Assembly (NCBI GenBank): GCA_951406725.2
Contig: OX597818.1
Location: 43,214,001 to 43,278,000, forward strand
Direction: 5' to 3'
Source of the DNA: Octopus vulgaris
Taxonomy: Eukaryota
DNA length: 64,000 nt
Shown: in pieces, positions 11,241-25,014 of the stretch
Layout of the letters: each line of letters begins with the position of its first letter
How positions within the stretch are numbered: position 1 is the first letter of the stretch
The notes under the pieces: generated by a model
Databases searched by the model: none
Told to the model about the DNA's origin: nothing
The model's input: the letters and a program-made list of their open reading frames with translations, nothing else
Translations under genes and position numbers: made by a program

Positions 11241-12568
11241 TCACAGGCATGGCTTTGTTGTTAAGAAGTTCACTTCCTAACTGCATGGTTTTGTGTTCAA
11301 CCTCACTGTAAAGCACCTTGAACAAGTGTTTTTTTCTTTTTACTATTACCTCAGGCCTACCAAAGCTTTACAAATAGATTTGGTGGATAGAAACTGAAAG
11401 AAGGCCATTCTATATATGTATATGTGTGCATGTGTGTATAAAAATGAAAAACCCTGTCATATTATCTGAGTGATTTAATCTGTTACCTTTTCTTGTGAAG
11501 GCATGTGGTCCAGTGGTTATGAGATCCAGTTCATAATCATAAGAGTTTTGGTTCAGTTCCTAGACCAAGTAGTACATTGTGTTCTAGAACCAGGTACTTC
11601 ATTTCTCATTTTTCTACCCTACTCAGCTGCAATATGTTCCAACTAGGTGCTAGTATATATATCTTGAACATACCATTGTGTTAATGACAAAGGGGACTAA
11701 AGTGATGTCTATGTCTGCTCATGACAACAGAGGCACTTAAAAGAATTCATAGAAGCATGGTACATGTTACCAAGCCATGATCACTGATGAGTGATAGTTA
11801 GATTGTACTACACTGTTACCTTTTCTCCCTTAAGAATTGTGGCCTTATGCCAATACAATAAATCTTTATTTTACAAAGTCTTTAGTATTTCTACTAAATA
11901 CATTTCGGTTTTATAGATTTCTGTTTTCCACACTATAAAACAAAAAAATAATTTTTATCAAACTCTATCAATGCAATTTAGTGGAAATTTTTATTTTTTA
12001 TATTTTTCTTGTTCATGTACACTTTTTGTCTTTCTTTATTTCCTTTGTTTTCTCTTATTTCTTTTCCAGCCTCATTTGTATTCTATTATTATATAGTTAA
12101 TTTTATTTTATGTTGACTTCTTTAGAAAACTCCTTAGATTACAGGGGGTTTTTTTTCAATTTAAAATGCATAGGAAATAAATAGAAACCAGTATATATCC
12201 ATCCATCTGTCCGCCCATACATACATACTTACATGCAGTCATATATCTTTGTTCTTCAAATAATTGCTACTCTGTTAAGGTAGTTATTGTATAGATGCTA
12301 TATCAGTGTGCATTCTACAAATTGCAAAAGTATTTATAAGTGTAAACTAGATTAACTAGATGCACATTTGCTCAATGTTTCTAAATAACTCAAGAAATCA
12401 AAATGACCCAACAAAAGAAGAACAGCAATCTAAGACAATATTTCTTTGTAGAAAATCAAATATATTTTGATTTGTCTCTGTTCACATTGATCTATGTAAG
12501 CATCTTTGGTAATTCGGAAAGAGTTTAGTTTATTGATGAAGAATAAGTTTTTTTGTCTCTAAACATAT

Positions 12569-12643
12569 AATTTTATGAAAGTATATTTTCCTAAAAGTTG
12601 TCTTATAAAGACAACTTTTAGGAAAATATACTTTCATAAAATT
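12569..12643. repeat. Perfect inverted repeat, 36-bp arms, 3-nt loop
   Basis: aattttatgaaagtatattttcctaaaagttgtctt (12569-12604), ata, aagacaacttttaggaaaatatactttcataaaatt (12608-12643). Confidence 0.97.
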
Positions 12644-13304
12644 TTTAATAATTTAAATTCTTTTAATAATGGAATAATGAAGTAGTTGATATAATTAAAA
12701 ATAAATTAAAAATTACTGCATTGCATCTTTACTCTATTAGTTTAACATTTTCCAATGGTGATGAAAAGAAAGCACAAATTACATTGTCCAAAAATTAAGA
12801 AAATTAAAATTTTTTATAAATAACCATTCTTTCTATAGCATCAGTGTACTAATAAATTAATAAACAAAGTGCTGTTTTTCTTTTCTTCAAGACATAACCA
12901 TAGCCTCTAGTTGCAAACTCTGTTATACGACTGTAAAGAAAGGTTTCATAACTCAAGTAGCTATGTAGGTGAAGATATGTCTGTGTGGTTAAGAAGTATT
13001 TTCACAAGCATGTGGTTCTAAGTTTGATCTTTCTGTATGGGACTTTGTACAAGTTTCTTTTACCATTGCCTCAAGTCAACTAAAATATTGTGAGGGAAAT
13101 TTGGTACAGTCAGAAGCCGTGTGAAAGAGCATCATATGTGCATATAAATAAATGTATAGTGGTGTTGGGCAGTCAAAGAAAACTGGTGTGTTGAATATAT
13201 TAGTACACTGTGGTGTTTAGTATTGTTTGAGTTATGCCATGGTCAACTTAACTGTTGTATCTTACATGATCAATAAAATAAACACTAAAGATATGGAGTC
13301 TATA

Positions 13305-13575
13305 TGCGACCAGGCTATCAGATGTTGCTACACATCGCTGGTCACAATGCGCTTCACATTGTTTTAGCCTTCAAATGACACCACCCTGCTGGCTTAGCGA
13401 GCAGGCCAACAGAAGAAAGAGTGAGAGAAAGTTGTGGCGAAAGAATACAGCAGGGATCGCCACCACCTTCTGCCGGAGCCTCGTGGAGCTATAGGTGTTT
13501 TCACTCAAACACTCACAATGCCCGGTCTGGGAATTGAAACCGCGATCCTATGACCGCAAGTCTGCTGCCACATAA
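13305..13575 (-). mobile_element. SINE family D variant (same body as 7721-8018, different tail)
   Basis: Shared aaagagtgagagaaagttgtggcgaaa...ccttctgccggagcc...gcccggtctg; the 5'-most part of the head is missing. Confidence 0.8.
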
Positions 13576-16366
13576 CTGGCATATAAGATATTTTATATCT
13601 GTATAAAACAGAGGCTTGCTCCTATGCAATTGCTTATGGTCTGTTTATTCAGAACTGACTCAAGATATTTTTGTTTAACCTTGAAAAACTAAGTTAGCCT
13701 TTTTGATATGATTTATCATTGTTGTTTATTAAACAACAAAAATAAAACATCTTTCATCACATTGATAGGCCGGGTAGGCAATCTCAATATAATGTAGATG
13801 CTATTTCATTTCTCATATTCCTATTAACTGTGAGATGAGAAAACCATGTTGAAAGAAGAATTTTTCAATTCATATGATGGCAGTTCTAAACAATTGAAAA
13901 GGCTTCTGTAATCTATAGATAATCAGTGAAAGAAGTATGTTCAACATGAAGAGAAAATATATTCTAATGTATGGATATCTTAACAAAAGGGAACTGGTAA
14001 ATGATTTCTTAGAGTAACAATCAAGGTTTTGCAAAATACATTGTTGTTGATTTAATTTCAAAACCATCTTATATTGCAAAATACATTTGTCGGTAACAGT
14101 TCCTTCTAGGGGTTTTCATTACTCTTTGTCTGTTATCATGATGATGAGGAATACAGTGAAGAGGGTAATAATATGTTCTTGCATTGGATGTTTCCTTCTT
14201 CTCCCTTTCTCCACCAGAAAGAAAATTCATAGGAGAATGCTATTGTCAATTGCCTCAAATCTAGTACATAACTGGTGTTTATTTTATAATTTCCATGAGA
14301 ACAAAAAGTAAAATCAATCCAAACAATATTTGAACTCAAAACATAAAATGACATAACTAAATATTGTTAAGAACTTAGCTTAGTTATCATTATCATCATC
14401 ATCATTATCACCATCGTTGTCATCATAATCATCGTCATTTTAACATCCACTTTTCCATGCTTGCATGAGTTGCATGGAATTCAGTGAGGTTATTTTTCTT
14501 CAGTCAGATGCCCTTCCTGTTGATAACTTTCAGCTATTTCCAAGTAAGGTAATATTTCACAGTGGCCACACATGTTTTCGCACAAAATTGGTAACAAAAG
14601 ACACCATTTGTATGAGAGTGACAATCATTTACATCTATCATGTGATGTCAAGACAAGGAGACACACACTCACACACACACACACACATGACAAGCATCTT
14701 CCAGTTTCCATATCTACTTGCAAGATATTGGTCAGCCCAGGGCAGTAGCAGAAGACACTTGCCCAAGGTGCCATGAGGTGGTGCTGAACCTAAAACCATG
14801 TGGTTGGGAAGCAAACTTCTCAATCACTGCACCTTTTAACATATTTACCAAATTTGTGATGATGATGATGATAATTATACCGATAAAAGTAATAAAAAAC
14901 AACAATAAATATAATAATCATAATTGCTGTAGATGCTATTATTAATATTTTTATCACAATATTATCTACTGACCTAGTGAAACACTTAAATTAATTATAA
15001 ACATTTTTCAAATATTTGGATTCCAGCATCCTTTTAGCTATTTGTAATTAGTGCTTTTCAATCACCTTTTTCCCCCATTTTTTTCTTTTAGTTGTTCAAC
15101 ATCTAATCCATCTATAAAATGACCTAGATTTCTTAGCTACCTTGTAATATTGTATTCCTGTTACCAACTTGCATGTAAATTCTAGTAGATGGCTTGCTTG
15201 CAGTTTTAGCAGTAGTTGACTTATTGACTTGGAAACTTGACAGCTTAATATCTACTTCATATCAACAACAGAGTATATCTTTGAACCTTTCTTGTGATTC
15301 ACTGATGGATCACTGCAACAGAAAAGTATTAAAGCTTAACCAAATGAACAGAGTAGCTGACCTGAGTGTGTGTGTTTGACATCTATTCAATATAGTCTAG
15401 CCTGTTCTCATCATCATTATTATCATCATCATCATCTTCATTTTTAACATCCACTTTTCCATGCTTACATGGCTCCAATGGAATTCATTAAGGGAAATTT
15501 TCTATAGTTTTTCCTGTCACCAACTCTCACTTGTTTTCTAAGTAATGTAATATTTTCCCACTGGCTAGACATGTTCTCATGGAAAATTGTAAACAAAAGA
15601 CACTGCTTTGATGATGGTGATGTTTGTTTACAAACTTGTTTCGTGCTAACAGACAAAATATTTGCTATTATATTTTCTTTATTATTTAATTTGAACATTT
15701 TGAAAATACAATTATTGTGTAGGAAAACAAAAACTAAATGTAAAAAGACAAAGCATTTGTATCGTATTATCATCATCATTGTTATTAAACATCTATTTTC
15801 CCATGCTTGCATGGGTCAGATGCAATTTATTGAGGCAGATTTTCTAGGAGCAGATGCCTTTCCTATCACAACTCTCTCCTGTTTCCAAGTAAGGTAATAT
15901 TTCCCCATGGCCAGGCATGTTTTTCTTAGAAGATTGGAGACAAACAACATTACTTCTATGATGGTGGTGTTCCTTTACAACCATCATGTGATGTCAAGGT
16001 ATACACACACTCACATTCACACACACATATTTATACATATACTTTCACTTTCCATCTACTAAATCCACTCACAAGATTTTGGTTAGCCCAGGGCTTTGGT
16101 ACGGGTTTCTTAACCACATAGCCACGCTATCATTAATAACCAGTCATTAAATAGTTATTTTTCACACTTAAATAAAAGTATTTTGTTAACAAAATTATAT
16201 GATTTTAGCTTTAAAAATTGTTTATTTGTTAAAGTTGTCAGGCATATCACAAGATGTCAAGACAAGGAAACAATAACACACACATACACACCATGGAGGG
16301 AAAATTCTCCCTTATGGTAAAAGGTATAAAATCACAATATGTGCCCAGTGCTGCCCCCTGTCAGAT

Positions 16367-16440
16367 TCCCAGATATAGTGTTTCTAGCTCTTTAGCTGTT
16401 ATCAGTGGTAATGGCTAAAGAGCTAGAAATGCATCTGGGA
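16367..16440. repeat. Inverted repeat resembling a decayed Penelope-type minimal hammerhead pair
   Basis: Perfect 16-bp arms 16381-16396 / 16414-16429 plus tcccagat / atctggga outer arms. Confidence 0.7.
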
Positions 16441-16930
16441 CTTGTCTCAGTCATGGTGGGACATTACCTTCAAGGATTTAGTTAAACAAATCACCACCTG
16501 ACCTTATTTTTAAAGTCTGGCATTTATTCTATCAGTCTCTTTTGCCAAACTACTAAAGTATAGAAACACCAATAGTCAAGCGAGCAATGGTTGGGAAAAA
16601 AAATAACACAAAGATATACGCATACATATGCATACACACAGACGCATGCACGCATATGCACATATGGTGAGGTTCTTTCAGTTTCCAGCTACCAGATTCA
16701 CTCCCAAGGCTTTGATCAGCCCAGGGCTGATACTTTTCCTCCATGGTATGTGTATGTGTGATTGTTTCTTTGTCTTGACATCTTGTGATAGTTGTAAATG
16801 AATGTTACCATCATACAAGTCACATCTTTCATTTCCAAGAAGATACTTGTTCAAGGTGCTGCACAGCAGGGCTGAACCCAAGACTACATGGTTGGGAAGC
16901 AAGCTTCTTACTCACACAGCCACACCTGCA
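16441..16930 (-). mobile_element. Diverged SINE family A copy with an internal insertion
   Basis: Tail-like ttattctatcagtctcttttgcc, mid ctttcagtttcc, head cttgttcaaggtgc...catggttgggaagcaagcttcttactcacacagccacacctgc. Confidence 0.65.
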
Positions 16931-17515
16931 CCAATTCAACACAGTATAGAATAAAATAAATGTTAAAGTCTAAAGATTTCTTTACAACAATGGTAAATTC
17001 TTTTAACATTATTCCTGAGAATCTTAGGTTTATCTCAACAGCAATTAGAATTTTAGAAATGAGTAATTGAAATTAGAAGCTAATGAAATAACACTTTATA
17101 AAATTTTTCTTAAAATAAATAGATTTTTGCATTAAATAATTTCTTTTAGCATTCATTTCCTTTCTTAATGTAAAATAATGGTTGTATTCAGTTAGTAAAC
17201 AATTTACTTGAGATTTTCCAACTTTTACTAACATTAAATTTTTTTTTTAAATTAATGAACTATTAATCAATTAATTTTGATACTAACAACCACAAATCAT
17301 TTTTTTTTGTATCCTAGTCATTCATTGCTTTGAATGTTTGTAAGAAAATATATTCATTTTTGCATATTAGTATAGACTCAGTAAAGCTCATTTATGTTTG
17401 TGGCAAGTGGTACTCAGTGGCCAAGAGTTAGTTTCATATCTGTTTGTATGTGTGTGGGTATCTAACTATCTACTTATATATGTGTACATATATATACATC
17501 TATATATTCATTGTG

Positions 17516-17700
17516 CAAAAAATAAAGAAATTCTCAATTGCAGGATGGCTGTGAAGACAGCTTAGAAAATCGGGTAAATTGTAGCTGGAATTTGAGAGGT
17601 ACAGGGTTCTATTCTCAGTAGAGGCTTGCTGGCCACTTTCTTTCCTGTCTTGTAAGGGTCTTCACAGCCATCATGTGTCCAAGAATTCCTTTATTTTCTG
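17516..17700. repeat. Imperfect ~43-bp inverted repeat with a perfect 15-bp core
   Basis: aaaataaagaaattctcaattgcagGATGGCTGTGAAGAC ... GTCTTCACAGCCATCatgtgtccaagaattcctttatttt. Confidence 0.75.
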
Positions 17701-17869
17701 TTGAATACCAACTCATTCAGTGCTTTTAAGTTTGTTAACAAAATATGTCAACACAGAAAACGGACATTAAAGGATGAATATAGCATGTGTGTGTGCATGT
17801 GTGTGTGCATGTGTGCGCGCACGCACACACACACATACACTAAACTGCTCAGCACAGTTTGCCACAATT

Positions 17870-18460
17870 ACAAATAGGATTTATCACCATCAAAGACTCT
17901 CTGCAGATGCCACAGTTTCAAAACATATTTGCACACTACCAGCCTTAAAACACTGAACCCTCCACATAGAATGTTGGCAATAGATGAACTGAACTACCTA
18001 ACTAATGGAACTCATCATATCCATACAAAACCATAGAGCTGACATTCTGATATGGTCAGATAAGGACTTGGTTTAGGCACAACAGTTAGGAAGTAATATA
18101 TATAGAGGTGATGTACACCTTCAACATCTCTACCAAGCCTTTCAGGGATAGCTTCCTCTTAGTCTGTTTTTGAGTGGTACTGGCCACTCTGCTTATAATT
18201 TCATCTCTGTTCATATCCACTTAGAGGTTCAGTCTAAATCAAACCCCAAGTAACTTAAATAGTCAATCCTGTACCCTACAATACTGGTCAATGGCATGGA
18301 CTTAGTTCTCCAGGTACCAAGCAGCAAGCCTATAAATTTGAGTTAATGTTTGCTCCTTTTGCTACCCATATTCCATTAGAATGGTACTGACCACTTCAAC
18401 CCCCCATGGTGTCTGACATCAGTTTATTGAGATTCCGTCACATGTTGAGGTCTTGGAATC
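17870..18460 (-). mobile_element. Decayed L1/Tx1-clade LINE ORF2 fragment (post-RT region)
   Basis: Minus translation remnants: GANIN, IGLLLGTWRTKSMP, KLLGV*F, DEIISRVASTTQKQTKRKLSLKGLVEMLKVYI, YFLTVVP, LYGFVW, GGFSV. These match the Tx1/L1 pattern (GAKIN..K...YLGV...W..R.LSLKGR.......FLW....GGLG). Confidence 0.75.
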
Positions 18461-20775
18461 AGAGAAATATGTGGCAGAGATGTGTGTGTGTGTGTGTGTG
18501 TGTTTGTATTTTGGTGGAATAGTTGAGATAAGGTGGTAGTAGAAGGGTTTTTTCATTGTGTTGCTTGTGAAAAAAATACTCTTTTGAGTTGTGCTATTGG
18601 TCTTTAAAGCTATTTTTGTTCTGCTATTGTTACTTTTGTTATTTCTGCTGTTGTTGTCAAGGTTGTAGGGTTGGCAGAAGTGTAGGCTTTCCTCCTGTAG
18701 CTTCTCTTGTGAGTAGAAGACCCTTAGGTGGTTGGTACATTCATGTGTGTATGCTTATCTTAGCATGTCTTTGCAATAAAATTTCTTGGGTAATAGTAAC
18801 ATTTTTTTATGTCCTAAATTTTGGTGGTTTCATGTACAAAAGACCAGTGAATACAGTACTTGACCTGAAAATAAGTAAAGAGTGGTGTTGGGCAATGCAT
18901 CTAACCACACAATACTGTCTCAAGAAGTTTCGTCCAACCCATGCCAGCATGGAAAAAGTGGACATAAAAATGAATATGAGAATGCTTATCATCATTATCA
19001 TTAGTGTAAAGAAAAATTTTACTAGCTTTATATGAAGATGAATAGAGTATGTTTAATCAATGAATTTAAGTGGTATTGATTCACAATTATACACACACAC
19101 ACACACACTTGTATATTGATATATATTCAAATATAGAAATGGGTTTGAATGTTTGATTATATATCAGTAGATGCACACACATATACATATTTATATATAT
19201 GCATACGTAAATAACTTGCACTTTTAGCATTAATTATTTAACAATGAAATTAACTGATATGTGTAATGCATAAACTTTGAAAATTATTTTCATAGCCAAG
19301 AAATTCCCCGAATCTTTCAGATTTTTAATATTTACTACATGTTGCTCAGAATAAATTTAATATATAATCAAATCAATATTGTGATTAATATGCATTTAAT
19401 ATTATCATATATTCTCCCATGTATAAAAATCAATTTTAATTTTTTCTTTTTTGAATAAATTAAAAATACTTCTTTATTTGTTAAGCTATTATCTAGCTAC
19501 TTATGCAAATCAAATTCAACTATGAATAAGAACATATCAAGCATATTATACAAACATCTGTATAATATATATATATATATATATATCATCATATATATAT
19601 AAAATATATCTGTATAATATATATAATATATCTGTATAATATATATATATTTATACATACATACATACATACAAATGTGTGAGTGCTTGTAAATGGCATT
19701 TGTGATAAACTCTACTAATTGGTCAAGTGTTGGTTTAAGAATAATATCATCATCATCACCACCATCATTTAAAATCCATGTTCCATGCTGGCACAGGCTA
19801 AACAGTTTGGTAGAATCTGAAGGCTGCAGTGTACTCTGGTATCAGCTTTGTCATGGTTTCTGTAGCTGGTTGCCCTTCCTAATACCAACCATTTCTTGTT
19901 TTCAAGTAAGGTACTGACTGTATTCACTGATCTTTTATACATCAAACTGCAGGACATAAACTAAGATTACTACACACAATAAAAAAAAAGTTGGGGATCA
20001 ACAGTCAGCTTTCTGGATTCTATGGTGTATATAGTCACCACCCTGGATGGGATGCCAGTCTGTTGCAGAATCACTCATTTTTTCCAGCTGAGTGGACTGG
20101 AGCAATATGAAATAAAATGTTTTGCTCAAGAATATAATACATCACCCAGTCCAAGAATTGAAACCACAATCTTACAGTGGTGAGTGCAACACCCCAACCA
20201 CCAAGCCACATGGCTCTACAGTGTTACTACTATCCAAGCAATTTTGTTGCGAAGACATACAGAGGTTAGTACACATTCACCAAGCCCTAAATAAGTTTTT
20301 TCAAATCCCAGCTGGAGATTAAGACGAAAATGGAGATTGGTGATGCCCTCCTGTAAATTTGTTGAGATCTGAGAATGATAACCAGGGCTTAACTGATTAG
20401 GTAGGCCTACACTCAGCATGCATAGCTATGTCAGAGGATATAAGCTGGAGACAGCACTTACCTTTGCTAGTTATAATAATCCAGGAACAGTAGTGTGCAT
20501 TGATTGGGCATAGTTGTATCAGGGAGATCTTCCTCTCTGGAGACCTTATCACACGTTTGTATACAACAAATACCATTTTTTAAATTTTTGCTGATTTATT
20601 CATTTGATTTCTTTGTAAACCCACTTTTTTTTAAATTGCTCCTATAATGTCCCTTTATCCCCCATAATGTCCCTTTATCCCCCATGTGATAATAAAAAGA
20701 AAAAGATTGTCATCATCATCATCATTTTATTACTTACATTCTGAATTCAAAATCTATCTAGATGTATTTTTCCCC

Positions 20776-20971
20776 TTGGCAGAAACGTTAGCGCGCCGGG
20801 CGAAGTGCTTAGCGGTATTTCGTCTGTCGTTACGTTCTGAGTTCAAATTCCGCCGAGGTCGACTTTGCCTTTCATCCTTTCGGGGTCGATAAATAAAGCA
20901 CCAGTTTCGCACTGGGGTCTGTCCTTGTTTATCTCCTCTATGTTTAGCCCCTTGTGGGCAGTAAAGAAATA
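20776..20971 (+). mobile_element. SINE family B (internal deletion)
   Basis: tggcagaaacgttagcgcgccgggcg...gagttcaaattccgccgaggtcgactttgcctttcatcc...gtaaagaaata. Confidence 0.85.
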
Positions 20972-21805
20972 TATATAAATAAGTACCAGAAAAGTACTGA
21001 AGTAATTTCAATTGACTGTGGCTCTCCAGTATAAATCTACGTAGACTCATGCCGATCATAGAAATCATCATTTGTTTTTTGTATGATCATATTTATATTC
21101 TATAAGTCATAACTACTGGAAGCTAATGGTAAATAACTTTTTTTTATTTTTTAACATTATATCACAGTTAGTAAACTGTAACATGGTTAGTGACAAGCTC
21201 CCATTCAGGTCAGATCATTTCTAATAGTGAGTGTGACAAGATTATATCTCAGCAATTCAGTATAGAAGAAATATCACAAGAGACATCGCTCGAAGAAAAT
21301 TGGTTTTTCAGGGGTTTTTTTCTTTTTTGTTGTGGTCTTTTTCATTTTTTTTCTTTTTTGGTAATATTCATGTCTTTCATTGATATACTCCACATGCTCA
21401 TGCATATGACAAAATTCCAGTTTCTATTTACCAAATTCCACTTAGAAGGTTATTGATCAACCTGAAACATTGGCAGAAGACACTTATCCAAAGTGCTTAC
21501 CTGTAGTATTGAAACTGAGACCACATAGTTATGAGCAAACATTTTAGTCACGTGATTATTATCATTAATAATCTATGTTATACATATCTACTGTATTACC
21601 TTCTTGCACTTAAAGTGTATTCAGAATAATTCTATGGTCTGTGTGTGTGTGTGTGTACATACAAACACCCTACCTAACACTTGACCTGAGTGCTCATTTA
21701 ACCTATGGTCTATTCAGCCACAAACCAGTATAATTTCACACACACACACATATATATATATAAAACAGACTTACATTGGAAACATGTTAATTGATGATAA
21801 TGATG

Positions 21806-21852
<47 letters not shown>

Positions 21853-24655
21853 TACATACATACACACATATATACACGTATGTACCTATATATAATTTTA
21901 TTATAAAGCTTCTATATTTTCTATATTTGATGTAACGTGAATATCTTGTGATCATGTTTATTTGTACTGGTATTTATTTGGCCTACTGGTGCACTATTAC
22001 TGGGATCTGTTGAAATTTCAGTCTCTACATACCATTTATTTCTATTCCTTTGTACTTAGTATCTCTCTTTCAGATAAAGGCTTTCCTCTATTGGGATTGA
22101 AATTTCTTTTAGTAGACACTTTATTATTAGTATTATTATTATTATTATCATCTATGTATTATTGTAGTTTGTGCTTTGGGCACAATATTTAGATTGGTTG
22201 CTTCTTAAATAAGCACATTAAATATTCTTCTGGTTCACAAAAGATAGCAGTGAAAGAAAGTATACTTATAAAACATGACCAACTGAAAAAAAATTCCATA
22301 ATGCATGTGGTTTTATTGTATATAACAGTTGGACAGAAGCCCATTCCATTTTCATATGATTCTTCACCTAATTACAAAGAATTCTGCTTTCTTCACCTGC
22401 CAATTTTCCCAAATCTTTCTTAAACATATGCTGCTATTGTATGAAGAAGAATCTTCCCTGTGGCAATATGCTTCTCTTATATGCTGTTTCTGTTATCTTC
22501 TTAATGATACCTACAACATTGGTGTACAACTCTATTTGTGTTACAGCTCCTGGCTCCTTCCAGCTCAATAGTGTTAACCTTCTATGTTTTTGAAACTTCT
22601 TTTTCTTACTGTTAATGATATTTCTTCCATATCAGAGCCACTTGGTAGTTAATGAAAATGAAGGCGCCACCTTACACTCAAGTAATGAATTATGAGACAT
22701 TAAATAATATAATTGGCTGGTGTCAGTCTACTAGCATTTTTAGGTTCTTTTTTTATTTTCTCTTCGTGGAACATGCTTCTGCTGCTAAGTATGACAGCTG
22801 TTGGTGCAGTGCCATATAATTGAAGCCTGATAACCCAGAGTGATATGTCATTGACACTGGATGAGCATTTACGTGTCCTTTTCTCTTCCTAATATTTTCT
22901 TCTCAGGAATGTTAGTCACGACAACTGATTCTCCCACATCTTAATTTTCCTACCTTTGGAATGTGATGTATTTCTGCTCAGGGAATATATTAAGGTGTCC
23001 AGCATCAATTTTTTTCCTTACTTGACCTTTCGGCATTGTCTTGGGCTAACTATTTGCATGCTAGCCAGTAATTTCTATAGAAAATAGCCAATTAATAAAT
23101 ACCTCCTGCCTTAAATTCCCACTGGTCATTTTGCTGTGTTTAATATAAAAGGCTTGACAATTAGATACAATTCAAGCTTTCATCAACTGCTTGTAACTTC
23201 ACAGTTTCAAAATTTACTTTTGGATAATTACATTGAGTAAAAGTGGTTAGTTTTGAAAAGATCCGAAGATATTGGTTGGGATTTTTCAATATAGATTGTT
23301 CATCTTGTAAATTCTTTTGAAAACAAGGCTAATTACTGTGTTATTCCTGTAGTGGTTTAGCAGAGAAGAGTGTCTTTGTATCTCTCAGTCCTGAACTAAA
23401 TATTTGAATTCTTGGCATGGCATGTCAGTGCATATATCACAATAACATTCTACTGATATGAATTCTAAAATATGCTATTTACCCAATTAAAATTCTGAAT
23501 AAAATTTATTTAGAATTTTTGGATTAGCTGTTGTGATGTACATTCTATATTTGTCAGCACTCACCATATATACATGACAATTCTGTGTATGTTTGTTTGT
23601 ATGTTGCTGATTGTATTGATTTGAATTTGAATAAATACCAATTTGACACGAGATTTCTTCGTGATGTTTTGTAGAAGTAATATAATAACCAGATTAATAA
23701 CCAGAATTAGAATTGACTATTTTCCTTTCAAATCAAAATTTTAAAATGAAAATCACAAAATGTTTTATGATTTCAATTTGAAATTTTATAATATTCGTAA
23801 ACTACTTCTGTTAATGATTTTCCTACACTATTTTAAGTGTACGTTTTAAAACTCTAGAACTGAAATATCTTGTACTTAACAAAATGAATTTCTATTAGTA
23901 AACCCTTCCACATTTGCATTAGTGAAAACTCAAAAATTTAAACTTCTTATGGATCTGAAATTCCATAAATCAATGGATTTTCTTTTACATTTCTGTCAAC
24001 ACCAAACAATATCCTTCCATCAGTTGATGAGTGCCATCTTATAATTAATGTATATACATTACAATAGGCTCCTTGAAAGAGTATTTATTGTCCCTCAAGT
24101 GCTGCTAATTAAAATAATTGACAGTCAAGTAGCTATTTTGATATACACATATAATTTGAAGATTTTGCATATTCTTTGTGGTTCTCTGTTAAAGAATGAA
24201 ACCTGGACATGTGATTGGTTAAACTCAGTGCACAAAACTGGAACATATCTCTTTAAATAACATATATATGTCCCTAGATAATATACATATCTTCTACAAG
24301 ATAATTCCATAAATAGACTTAAAATACATTTTTCTTTTTTTAACCAAGTAATTAGAATGTTTTAGCCAAGAATCTTAGTGCCCTGCACTTTAACTACACA
24401 TATCTTATACATTTTTCTTATAACAATCAAGAATCCAAAAATATTCATGACAGAAATTTTTTAACCTTTACTATACAGTTTCTAGAAAGTTCTACAGAAA
24501 TAATTCAAGCAAGCAAATAATTAGATTATTTAAAGAAAGCGAAAACATAGCTTAATGAGTTTTGCAGTTGCTGAAATTTGTTTCCTAATTGCCATAAATA
24601 TGAGGATATAAATGGAAGGTAGGAATTTTTGCAGCCCATAATGTAAGGTTTAAAC

Positions 24656-25014
24656 TAGTGATTCCCATCAAGGGTCCATATGACCCTTGGGGAAAGAGGG
24701 ATGCAGTCTGTATAAGATTTTGTTATATATATAGGCGATATGTAAGGTGTTTGCCTGTATATATACACTTTAGATGCAAAGAAGTAGTACAGTAGATATT
24801 TACAACATAAATTAATAATAGATTCAAAATTTTGGTACAAAGCCAGCAGTTTCATGGGAGGAGGTAAGTTGATTACATCGACCCCCCAGTGCCCAACAGG
24901 TACTCATTTCAACAATATACAAAATAGAATACAATTTTTTTTAAACATGGAAGTCCCATGGAGTAAAATAGGAATCAAAGGGGTCCATAGGCAAAAAATA
25001 GTTGAGAACCACTG
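24656..25014. mobile_element. hAT-Charlie-like MITE containing a SINE fragment
   Basis: Right TIR gttgagaaccactg (CAGTGGTTCTCAAC), degenerate left end tagtgattcccatc; flanks gtttaaac / gtttagtc (6/8). Confidence 0.55.
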
